Shown here: positions 48,401 through 58,641 of the stretch, in pieces
Numbering within the stretch: position 1 is the stretch's first letter
Layout of the letters: every line of letters begins with the position of its first letter
NCBI GenBank assembly: GCA_905178155.1
Contig: CAJINV010000003.1
Coordinates: 11,268,793-11,332,792, forward strand
Direction: 5' to 3'
From: Amoebophrya sp. A120
Lineage: Eukaryota > Protista > Dinoflagellata
Length of the DNA: 64,000 nucleotides
Position numbers and translations under genes: made by a program
Notes under the pieces: generated by a model
Seen by the model: the letters and a program-made list of their open reading frames with translations, nothing else
What the model was told of the DNA's origin: nothing
Databases searched by the model: none

Positions 48401-51400
48401 GCGCCCCAAAATAAAAGACGCGACAGAGTGGCGCTCTCGCGGGCGCGCGAGCGGATAGTTTTTCTTATCACCTGTGGCGGCAGTGTTGGCATGCTTTCAC
48501 ACTTGCCACAACGCGCCGCACCCACCCAAAAAGCGGTAGCGCGGCCGTTGCCCCGCCTGGGAAAACGGGGAAAAGCGTCTGCGACCGTTCCTCTCCCCGG
48601 CCCGCCATGTAAGTCGGGAGCCCCACCAAATGAAATGGGCGCAAGCTTGGCCAAACAGACTGCGAAGCCGACGGGGCCCGCTGCATGCTTTGGGCAACCG
48701 CGGGCGATGCGCTTTTCCGCAAGGCGTTCGCCTCTAGCAATGGTTGCTCCGAGTAGAGGCCGCATTCGCTCGCCCCTCGGCGGGCAGGTCCGACTGGGAG
48801 ATGCGCAGTTCCGGGTCGGGCGCGCATGGGCTAGTGGTGGCGCCGTTTTTTTGCATGCGCCAGAGGGGCAGCCGGCACGCCAACAAGTGCCGCAAGCGGT
48901 CGCAAGTCGCTCAAGGCCTGCGGCCTTTCACTGGGGGGGAAATAAGTCGCAAGCGCTTGTGGGGTGGGCTGGCTCGCGCGGCCAACCCCCTGGCAGCCAC
49001 GAAGGCGACACGCAGGCCTTTCAAATACGAGGACAGACATGACCGCGATGTGGGCTGCCAAACCGCCGAGATGCCGGGCCAAAGCATTTACCACTTAGGC
49101 GGCATCTTTTCTCTAGGCTCGGGCGCAGAGCTGTTGGGTCCGTGGCAATGATTATTTCGGCCTCCCGGGAGCCCGAATAATCCTCGCTCAAGGCGTGCCC
49201 TTGACCCTCCTTTATGCCCCCCCCTTGAATACCTTTTTTTGGCACCCAAAAATCGCGAATACCTTTTTTACAGGAGCGGAAAAAGGTATTCACTCGATTT
49301 TTATGCCCCTTCCTATTATGTGCGGCCAAAGCCCTTCAGATGACCGACGCAAATGGTCACGGTTTTGGTCCTTCTGATGGTCAAGGTTTGGCCATGTCGA
49401 CTCAGGTTATCAAAATTCTGCAAAACTCTTTTCCTGGTACAAAGATAGCGAGCATCGCCCGAATGCGGTGGCTCGGCGCGCAGATGGTAGTAGGGTGGTT
49501 TCCAAAAAATTCCGGGCTTCTGCTGGCGTGCTTGCATGAGCTGGCCGCTATCCGGGACAAAAAACACACCCACAGTGGGAATTCACGTCGCAGCCTTGTG
49601 CATGGGCATTAGCGTCGCAGCTTGAGCATGGCAAATTGAGTGGATGCGTCATGCAAGGTAGGGAGTTTGTCACGCAATATAGAGGATTTGCAATGCAGGA
49701 AATGCGACGCGGTCGCGATTTTGTCACGCAAGGCTTCATATTTTGGCAATTGCAACGCAGCCACATTGTGGGTTCGTTTTTCCATACGATAGGAGATCCA
49801 CAGTCTGGCGACGACGTGCAGCTGCTGGCCGTCCACCCCGAAGAGGTCGACCCCGAGATGTTTCCACCTAACGAGGACGTCGAGCCGCCGGGGATCGACG
49901 GTCTTTATGCTGCTCCGCCCGACACGGCTACGACGGTCCGGAGAACCCATTTGCAGCAAACGCAGGAATGGATGAGGACGAGCAAGGGAATGACCACGCG
50001 GAGAACCATGGGAGTGGCAAGCTGTCCGGCCTGCAGATATGCACTGAAAAACGTCACCCCTGTTGACCGAATTTGTATTGCTGATTTCGTGGCATGGCGC
50101 AGATTGCCCTGCTGGATTTGTCATGCATGCCGGGGAGCTGCGACTCCCTATCGTCCTGGGCTAAAAATGGTCCCTGCGTTACAGGCTGCACATATCGCGC
50201 GTGACAAGTTTTTTGGTATATCTAACTGCGCAAAAGTGCCGCGGTCTTGCGAAGATTTGTAATGCAGTTTCGGCTCGGTGTGTGAATTTGTCACGCATAA
50301 CTACGACGAAAGAGCAATACAAGTTTGGCAGGGGGTGATTCGTTTTTCATGGGATGGCGAAGGATCCGGAACGTACAGCGGTGTCTCTTGAATATTTCGA
50401 AGGAGTGGGGCACATTCTCGGGGAGCCTATCCATTGCAAAAGTATCACATCAACATAAATTGCAGCAATGCATCTACAGATCCGCTGTCCTAACGTACTA
50501 CGCATCACAAATCCCGGCTGTCTCCTTGAAAAATTTATTGTCACACAATTTATAACAGTGCGATACTTTTGCAAAGCATAGAGCCTCTACGCCGCCAATT
50601 TCTCCCTTGACAAGCTGCACCTCGCGACGACATTCGACGCCGAATATTGAGTCCCGAAGAGATGGCGGGCGTTTCACCGGAACCAGTGGGAGAACTGTTG
50701 TCGAGTCTGGGCGTGGTCGATCACTAGCCGCGGCGCTTCGGACTGGTGCCCAGACCGGATGGCATTGTTGGGAGGCTCCTGTCGCTGATGAGCGTCTACC
50801 TGCTGCCGACATCTGTCACAAAACGTCTCAAATGCTATCTACTTTACACTAGCTATCACCGCGACAAGCTACATACTTTCATTCGCATTCTCATTCATCA
50901 CTATCAGACTACATCTCAAAAAAAAGGAATTGATAGGTCGGAGAATCCGGAGCCGCTTGTGGGGCCGCTGAGCCAGGAGACGCGGATGAGGACAATCGGG
51001 CCGGATGCTGCAAGGGGGCTTCAAAAAAATTTGAATTTTGAAAGCGAATACGTTTTTCACCCTTGTATTATTTGCGATGAGTTTATGTATCTATAAATCT
51101 TGTGTCTCAAACATTGTTACTCCAGCTTTTCTTCTCATCCGACTCCGACAACATCATCGATGCCTAAAAATTAGAATTGTCGATAGAATCTGCAGAAGCA
51201 GAAACTAGCTGGGCGATAGAATTCTTGAGACACCGAGGATGATGTTGTGTCAAAAAGAATTGAAACACGAACACGACAGGCGATTCCACTTGCCGGTGTG
51301 GGTTGTCGGCACGGACGCAGAAGGCTATCAAGTGCCAATATATCTGGGTCTGAAGCGTGGCAAATGGTTGTGATGCTCTTTTTCTTTTGCATGACGACCG

Positions 51401-54400
51401 AGAAGGTTTTGAGTGCTACGCGCTGTCTCCTGACATCATAACATACAAGTGTCAAGAACGCTCCTCGAACTCCTCGTCAGTCCTCGATGCTGATCTCGCC
51501 TAAGTAGTAAGAAATGTCGTAAGTCTCCAAGTATATGTACTATAGAGAAAACCCATAGCGGGTGGCTTTTGCAGTTCAACATGCAATGCAGATCTTTGCT
51601 GCAACCACAACAAGCAAAAGGAAAAGCATCGCTTCCGGACCCAGACATATTTGCAGCGTATAAAGGCAACGAGGAGATCAAGGTCCACGAGACGCTTCAC
51701 ATATCGTGTATCCTCCTAAAAAAAAACGTCCCCACCAGCGAAATGCGAACTTTGCAACAGCTATCAACAAGGTTTTGCTGTCGGGCGTGAGGACAATTTT
51801 GGAGCTGTAGCGTAGTCGTGGATGCCTAGTTAGGCCTCTACATAATAAAAAAATATAGAGCTCTACCCTGAAGATTACTAGAGCGTGACAAATGAATCTC
51901 AGACAAGGATAAAAATTGCTCCACATGACGCTGCGCATGAGGACCAACTAAGGATAAGGCTTGCAGATTTGCATGACAAGTCTGGGGCGGGGACGTTTTT
52001 GCGCGGGATATCCCGCAGCACAGAACTACAGGAGAGTCTGATGAAAGATATGGCAGGAAAGTCGCCTCCAAGAACTGAACCAATCTCAATCTCACCCGCA
52101 CAAAAATTTGCGCCGCACCTTTGTCTTTTTTGAAAACCGCTGCGAGCGATCTTTGCGAGAAGCCTGCTTTGTCTTTTTGAAAACCGCGACAAGGCAACAA
52201 CTTGACAACGCAGAACCAGAGCTACAAATTTTGGATGTGCATTTTTGTGCCAGTAGTTGAGAATGAGACTGTGTCACCTGACAGGCCATAAAGGAACTCG
52301 AAAACTTCGAAAACCCGCCCTCACATCTTTGCGCGAAGGTTATGCTGTATGACAAGGAAACCGAGGAGCAAGTTGGGCTAACAGTTCCAGATCCAGAGGT
52401 GACACTAAACACAAATCTACTGACATTGATTTTGTTAGTAGTTTGATATTATTTCTTCCAGCAGCTGCACAGGGGTTCAGCTTCAGTGGACATAATTTTT
52501 TTCATACAACATACGAAGATACAAGATTATTTATTTCGGACACGCAGCAGTATGTATGATGATGATTGCGAAATAGTATCTTCGCTCAACAACAAGTAAG
52601 TAGATTATCTCAAACCACCGACAGGAAATTTACACGGCCATCGAGCGACAAGACCGCAGTTATGGGTGGATCGAGCACATGCTGGAAAAGGATAAAGAGA
52701 TTCTGAGCAACCGCTATCATCCAGAGGAGTACACCCATGCCAAATACTATCGAGAAAATAAACTATATCAGTGGCAGTGGCAGTGCTTCAGCTACTTTTT
52801 TGATGCAACTTGACGTCTGTGCTGTATCTTCTCTTCTTGTTGCCGCCCTTATACTGCCTACCGCAGGCGGGGGCGGCCCCTCCTTCGCTACTGTTTGGCT
52901 CGACCCACTCAACGACCCGGGACTCCCAATCATTAAGCTTGCAAGACTGGTGACGGCACGCGCTTCAGGTCCGAGGCGTGAAAGTCACAAAGCCATCGCG
53001 ATGACTGTAGACCCTCAGAATATAATCACAGTGCGCATGGGGACTGCGCAGCAAGAAAGAAGCAGGCTTTCTATTTTTCTTCGGGATTCGCGTGCTCGGC
53101 GGCTGTCGTGTCAACTTTTATTTTTCGCGACATTGAAAATTTCCAACGGAAAAGAAATGCTTCAGCGCGCGCATTTAGAAGTTGAAGAAAATCCGCAAAA
53201 TGAGAACCGAAAATAGCCGCCCACGGATGTTGTTTTGTATGGTTTTACCTGGGCGGGGTGTCTCATGGATGTTTTTGCTTTTCGCCCGGTTTTAGGAATT
53301 GGGGTTTTGTCTTGCGGGAATTCATCCTGTCCGAGATTGCCGTCGATGCCGTGGCGGCCCACATGTAGATGGTGGCTGTCTCCTCGTTGGGCCTTTTTGA
53401 TTTTGCTGAACGAAGCCCCTTGCCTGATTACTTTGGGACCAATTTGATTTGGCGAGACCCGGCCAGTCGTTTTTTCGGGCTTGGGCCGGCCTTCGCCTGC
53501 TTTCCCGGGTTGCGGGGTTTGGGGAAATCCCGCAAGAATTGGGCTGAAATTAGCGGCCGCCGCCGCCCCGGGCTTTCTGGCTGAGGCTCCTCCTTGCCCC
53601 TGTGATCAGTTGGGCGGGTTCTGCTCGTTGATCAGTGCGTGGCGAAGTGCTCCGCTTGCCTGCTCCATCAACTTGCCGCGCGCGCCTGCGCCGGCTGTCG
53701 GAGGCGCACTAATTCAGGAGAGGTAGGCCGTCGTAGAGGCGAACTTACTCCCGCGGCGAGCCGCCTCCCGTTTGGCCCGCGTTTCCATTTATTGCGCTGC
53801 TTCCATCACTAGTGCGCGGCCCAGTTATTTATACTTGGGCATCACAGGAGAGACCGTCTCAGCCAGTTACAGCGCCATCGGGAGAGACCCGCGAGGTTGA
53901 AAGCGGAGTCACGTTTCTAAGTTGGAATCACGCTCGTGGAGTCACGCTTAGACCAAAGCCAAGCTGTCGGAGTCAGGTTGGCAGTGTTTGGGCTTCGGGT
54001 TTGGGGTCTAGGGTTTGGGGCTTCTGGTCGTCGGCCGGTGGCGGCTGCCCTGGCCGCGGACTTTCCCTGGACGCCCTTGCGGCAGTGCGCCCCCGCACCC
54101 TCCCCGCCTTCGTGGTTGTGCTGTCGCCCCCATGGAGTTCTCCTGGCCCTCATTGGCCGGCCCCTGGGCCGGCGGCGGCGGGGCGTGTCATTGATTCCGG
54201 TGGACCATTGGGGCCGACCGGCGTTCGTTTAGGTTGTGGGCATTTCGGCGTCTAGGTTGCTCCCTGCCCCGGTCTATCGAGCTTTGAGGTAAGAGGCCAC
54301 CGCACCCGCAACGCAACGCTTCCAGCTGAATCAACTTGATTCGGCGAACGCGATTCGGTCGCAAACGTGACTCCGTTAACGCGATTCCAGAAATGTCAAA

Positions 54401-57400
54401 ACGTGATAGCGCCGCCTTCCGCAAAAATATTTGCAGTGTCGAAAAAGAAGGAAGCCTAAACCGATGAAAATAGCTTGGAAACACTTATAGTACAAAGTTA
54501 AAAACACTTGCGCAAAGAAAGCCTTCCAAAGTTAGAAACACTTCTGCAGATGGTCGGGCTATCGGTGTGCTTTTCTTGACGATAACCGCTGCAAAATGTT
54601 GATGCGAGAAGATATCAAGGAGTGGCTCCTTGAACTGTTGAAGGACGGAACCAAGCAGAATATTGTAGGGTCTTGTTTGCCTTCTATGGTTTCAAGTAGC
54701 TCGAGACGCTGACTCTACAGCGAAGCTTTGACGGCAACATGAAATTCAAGCGCTTGAATGAAAATGAAGTCAATTATTGCATCTGCAGCAACGACGTCGC
54801 TGTAGCAGTATACCTACTTAATACTTATATATACTCTGATGGCATCTACAACTACATCGCCACCTTCCTCTAGAAAGAAGAGCTTTCATCATACCCTCCT
54901 TCATGTACCGACACACAACACAACAGCTGATGACCAGCAGCGCGAAGGACAAGGCGTGTTTTAAGAAGCGCTTTTTTCTGGACATGTATGACGAGCAGAA
55001 AGGCCCATCGGAATCTGTATTCTACAGTTTTTGCAAGGCGAGCAGAAACTTCTTCGGATGTGTGGCGACGGAACGTTTATTTTCTTGCTCTTTTGTATTG
55101 GATTGCTGCACGAGCACGAACTCGAACACACATGAGACAAATACGAAATCACGGTACGTACGCGAGTAGGGGGTCGCACTGAGATGCATTTGCGCACGAT
55201 GAAAGACATACCATGCATGGGAGATAGTACATGATAAAGTGAATCAATACATGCCGAACAGTGATTGCGATAGCAGTGTCTTTCTCTTGGATAGTATCCA
55301 AGGAAAAAGTGTGTAAGAGCAACTTTTTTGGAGGAAAAGAATTGGCATGAAAGCAAATGCGCAAGTAGGGACTGAGTGAGCTCCTGGAACCACGGATGAC
55401 CAGCATGACAAACGCAGCCATCTTGGATGTTGCGCATCACTAAGTGAACTCACTTCACACTTTTTTTCTTGCATAGATGACATGCCCGAAGGTCATAAGA
55501 GACTCCCCCGCGGAATGAAGTTTCCCAGTTGCTTATCGGAAAGAAAATGAACGTACCGATTCCGATCCCAGGCGTGTCATGCAGCAGATACGTCGTAATA
55601 TGCAGGAGGTCCTCTCTAATGCGGCCGCATTGCATGAGAGCCATTTTGTGCTGGTGTTTGGAAACGTGTCAACATGATGCTCCAATGACAATACAGCACA
55701 AGAAGTGAGTGCGTTACGCGGGCACGCTTCCGGATAGCACCATGTGTATGCACGACTCTGCTGGGTATCCAAATTTGTCATGCGTGGTGACTTTCAAACG
55801 TTGTGACCTTACCGTTGCCTTGCAGAAATTCCATCTAGATATGTTTATGGGGATCCGGAGGGACGTTTTCGCAAATCATATTGCCTAACACAGTGAAAAA
55901 TCATCCTTCCCGATGCTCGAGTTGCGAAGATTTGTACTGGAGAGATTTAATTTCCTGAATCGCAGGAAAGAGGGAAGGCGATTTTTCCGCATCATAATGC
56001 CCGAAATTTATGGAGCAGGAGGTGACGAAATGCTTTGCTGAGCAGCCTGTCGCGATCCAGAATTTTCTCGTGGAATTCGGAACCGGCAGTCCAAAAAGCT
56101 TTGTGGTGATTATCAACAAGGAGGCATGGCAACGTTACGTCTCACATTGCGGGTACTTACAACAGTGAACTTTTTCATGAATGCTGCTTGTTGTCGTCGT
56201 GGTGTCCTTTCCGTCAGTGCCCTCATCGATCATCTGGGTAAAAGATCAAACGTCTATGATTATGTGCCGGGGAGAAATCTAAGTTGCAGAGTGGAATTCA
56301 ACGCATGTATGAGAAGTACGAGTAGTGCAGTTTTTCTTTGATACACTCCACATCCCCGTAATCGCACGTTGCTTTTTTTGGTGCCTAAGCATATGTAAAT
56401 ACGCTTCTCAAGCTCGTCGACCTATTCATTGGCAGGCACGAGTTGCATGATAATGAAGATGATACGAATAGACTTTTATTGAGAACGTGAGCAACCGAGG
56501 CTGAAGCGGTACATTCTTGTTGGAGACTTGTTTCATAGAATAAGCTTCTGCTGCCGTGGCAGCGGCGGAGGGTGCGTATGGTCTGCGGGGCCACGTTGGT
56601 TGCTGACCCTGGGTCGCTTTGAACGGCCTGATTGATAAGTAATTGTATCTGTCTAGGCCAAGAAATGACGGTGGCGGCCAGGTGGCAGCCGTGAAACGAC
56701 GGTGGCGGTCATGCAAAACGGCAAAAATTTCGAGCGTCCGGAAACATTTTTACACAGTGAGAGTTTCCATTTACTTCTAAGCGGCCGGGGCTTTCTTGTC
56801 AAACAAGCCCGAGGGAATTGCATCGATTGCCGCTTGATGAAACCGGCAAAAGGGGCGCCCGTCTGAGGAGCCTACAGCCTTGGTTTTTGGCGGATTCAGG
56901 CAGCCAAAAAGGGGCGCCCAAAAAATGCCAAGGAAGTAAAAGCCGCGAATTCGCATGGTATGGGCACCATTTTTGCCCACGTTTGGGCTCCACAAAAACC
57001 GCAAACAAAGTCGAGCACTTCAGAGGCACGACTGCTGCTCTAGCAGCACGATAGCAGCACCAGGCGCCAGCCCTTTGTCATCTACTACGTCAAACTATCT
57101 AGTCGTAGTCGAAGAAATTCATTGCCATAGCCATACTGTGAGGAAAAATCCCCCTCCCCATGCGCAAGGGGAGCCCTTGTGGTTGTGATGCTGCAAAATT
57201 GTGGCCACAAGTTAGCTCGGCCTTATAGGAAGGCAAGTGCAGAGGTGTTGTGCGCCGCCTCATGGATGCGATTTGCCATGCTGCTGAGCCTACTACAGCG
57301 CAGGCGTTTGCCATGCTAAACACCTACAGCACACCCACAAGCCGAGAACTTGGCTGCACTTCCTTACAGCTTGGTGACCACAGGCCTCATTGTCATTTGC

Positions 57401-58641
57401 CTATAACACAAATGCAGCATCAGAAGCTTGTTTGGAATATGGTGGGGAGTGGGGTGATTTTTCATTTTGATATACCAAACCCAACTAACAGCCTCGACCA
57501 GAAGGTAGAGTTGGTCCGCGTAGAGGCAACGGTGAAGCGTATCTGCGACGAGTTGATACCCTGTGTAAAAACGCCCCCACCCCAGATTTGTAACGCCATT
57601 CTCCCTTTGTTTAATTCCAAAAAAGTTCGAAGCTTCTCTGTGCTTTGGTCTTTTCCAGTACATAAAACGCCCCAGATTTGTAACGCAAATCTGCAAGCCT
57701 AGAGTAAGGGGGTTTGTCATGCTGCCGAAAGACATTTGAGGGCTTGTCAAGCCGAAAGACGTTTGGGGGTTTGTCATGTTGCGCTCAGGACAAGACGATC
57801 AATCTGCGACTCTGTTTCGCAGAATGAATACGTAGGATAACTACACTACAAGCCCAAGCTTGCCGCGCACAAAAGTCAAAACTAACTGGTTCAATTGTCT
57901 TGCAAATTCACCACCAGCTTGACTTTGGAGCGGGGACGTTTTTACACAGGAAAGTTGACCAAGTCTACCTACGACGCTCCGCTAGCGCATTGGAAGCAAG
58001 CTCTGGGCTTTATCAAACGCAAAAATAAACCGAAAATCACCGCCCTGTACTATGAGGAAAACCAATATACCTCGCACTCGCACAGCGGAGGAGCTCTTCA
58101 CTTGTAGTGCAGACATTGTTGGCTTTCTTGCTGTTGATGTATGATGTGGATCAGTTTTAAGATCAGAAGGGAAAAAAATGATCTCTACGCCCGGTATGAT
58201 GTTCACGATCACGAGTTCAGTGCGCACGATAGCAGAAGGCATGCGTCTCCCTTTGTTCTTCGAGATCACAGCAGCAGCAGGGCTTGCACTAGGACTAGCG
58301 GGAGAGCCACAGCACTTGTGCTCCAAACCAAGAACGTCAGGGCTTCTTTTCGGTATGGGGCGGAAGGATTCCCTTTATTTCTGATGATACCCGACCTGCG
58401 CAAACTGGATGACCTGGACTTCACACTGGAAACATTCAAGAAGTGCAAGGTTGCGCCGCTGCTCCATCGATACCGCAAACATGAGGACCGCCAGGTAGTG
58501 CAGAAGGCGACGGATTTGCTGAAGAAGTATAAAAAACACGCGGAAGAACTCCTCAAGAGCAGTGCCGTCGAGGACTCCGCGAACCTCGTGGAGGCAGTAG
58601 GAGACCGTGATATGGTCGACGATGACGACGACCTTTTCTGA
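42435..58641 (+). CDS. Large multi-exon gene ending in a TFIIS N-terminal (TND/Med26/IWS1-type) helical bundle; may be more than one gene
   Basis: Start MSEQHQ..ADLFGDDF..GQG|PSSSSSIPKRETSRSRSRSPRR; internal joins TDAEG|NEEIKVHETLHIS|RSTELQES and RICDEL|TKSTYDAP; terminal exon DLRKLDDLDFTLETFKKCKVAPLLHRYRKHEDRQVVQKATDLLKKYKK (58393-58540) fits the TFIIS-N pattern, followed by an acidic tail and TGA. Middle exons are only partly traced. Confidence 0.6.
42559..42834. mobile_element. Introner family B
   Basis: TATCCACGATAAATATGTCTGGGTCTGGAA ... CATATTTTTGCAATGCATA; TSD GGGTC/AGGTC. Confidence 0.85.
44144..44868 (+). mobile_element. Helentron/HINE-like element, copy 5 (closest to copy 2)
   Basis: GTAGTGAGGTC at 44147-57, GACCTCACTAC at 44839-49, hairpin CCGCC-CC-GGCGG, CTATA-TTT. 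Confidence 0.85.
49399..50650 (+). pseudogene. Decayed intron-containing gene fragment inside the nested element
   Basis: Removing introners 49549-49791, 50038-50356 and 50428-50580 links TQVIKILQNSFPG..LHELA|APQSGDDVQLLAVHPEE..., then (after an apparent frameshift) DEDEQGND..LSGLQ|RIRNVQRCLLNISKEWGTFSGS|LYAANFSLDKLHL..EY*. Confidence 0.45.
50428..50580. mobile_element. 153-bp introner with a GCAAAAGTATC-type TIR
   Basis: TATCCATTGCAAAAGTATC ... GATACTTTTGCAAAGCATA; perfect TSD GAGCC. Confidence 0.88.
51326..51662. mobile_element. Introner family B
   Basis: TATCAAGTGCCAATATATCTGGGTCTG ... CGGACCCAGACATATTTGCAGCGTATA; perfect TSD AAGGC. Confidence 0.88.
51709..52010. mobile_element. Introner family A
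   Basis: TATCC..AAAAACGTCCCC ... GGGGACGTTTTTGCGCGGGATA; the right ~55 bp is a close reverse-complement match to 16307-16360. Confidence 0.85.
56710..57020 (+). mobile_element. Truncated Helentron/HINE-like copy 6
   Basis: Internal core AAGCGGCCGGGGCTTT..GGCAAAAGGGGCGCCC..CGCATGGTATGGGCACCATTTTTGCC matches copy 3; termini not seen. Confidence 0.7.
57557..57953. mobile_element. Introner family A
   Basis: TACCCTGTGTAAAAACGCCCCC ... GGGGACGTTTTTACACAGGAAA; perfect TSD GTTGA. Confidence 0.88.

Larger units (their letters stand above)
47673..50875. mobile_element. Nested 3.2-kb TAT..ATA TIR element carrying cargo
   Basis: 29-bp inverted repeat TAGCTTGTCGCGGTGATAG(G/C)TAGTGTAAA at 47681-47709 and 50843-50871. 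Confidence 0.8.
47465..51085. mobile_element. Outer long-TIR element (ends approximate)
   Basis: TGAAAAACGTATTCGCTTTCAAAAATCAAATTTTTT..GCCCCC (47493-47540) is inverted at 51011-51059, with weaker pairing extending outward. Confidence 0.75.

Noticed and set aside
50020-50375. CPAC...CWICHAC zinc finger in ORF 49636, or DnaJ-like CPAC|EGSG after splicing
   Set aside because: The second CxxC lies within an introner and derives from the TTGTCATGC motif; the CxxCxGxG frame hits a stop within a few codons and another frame reads better.
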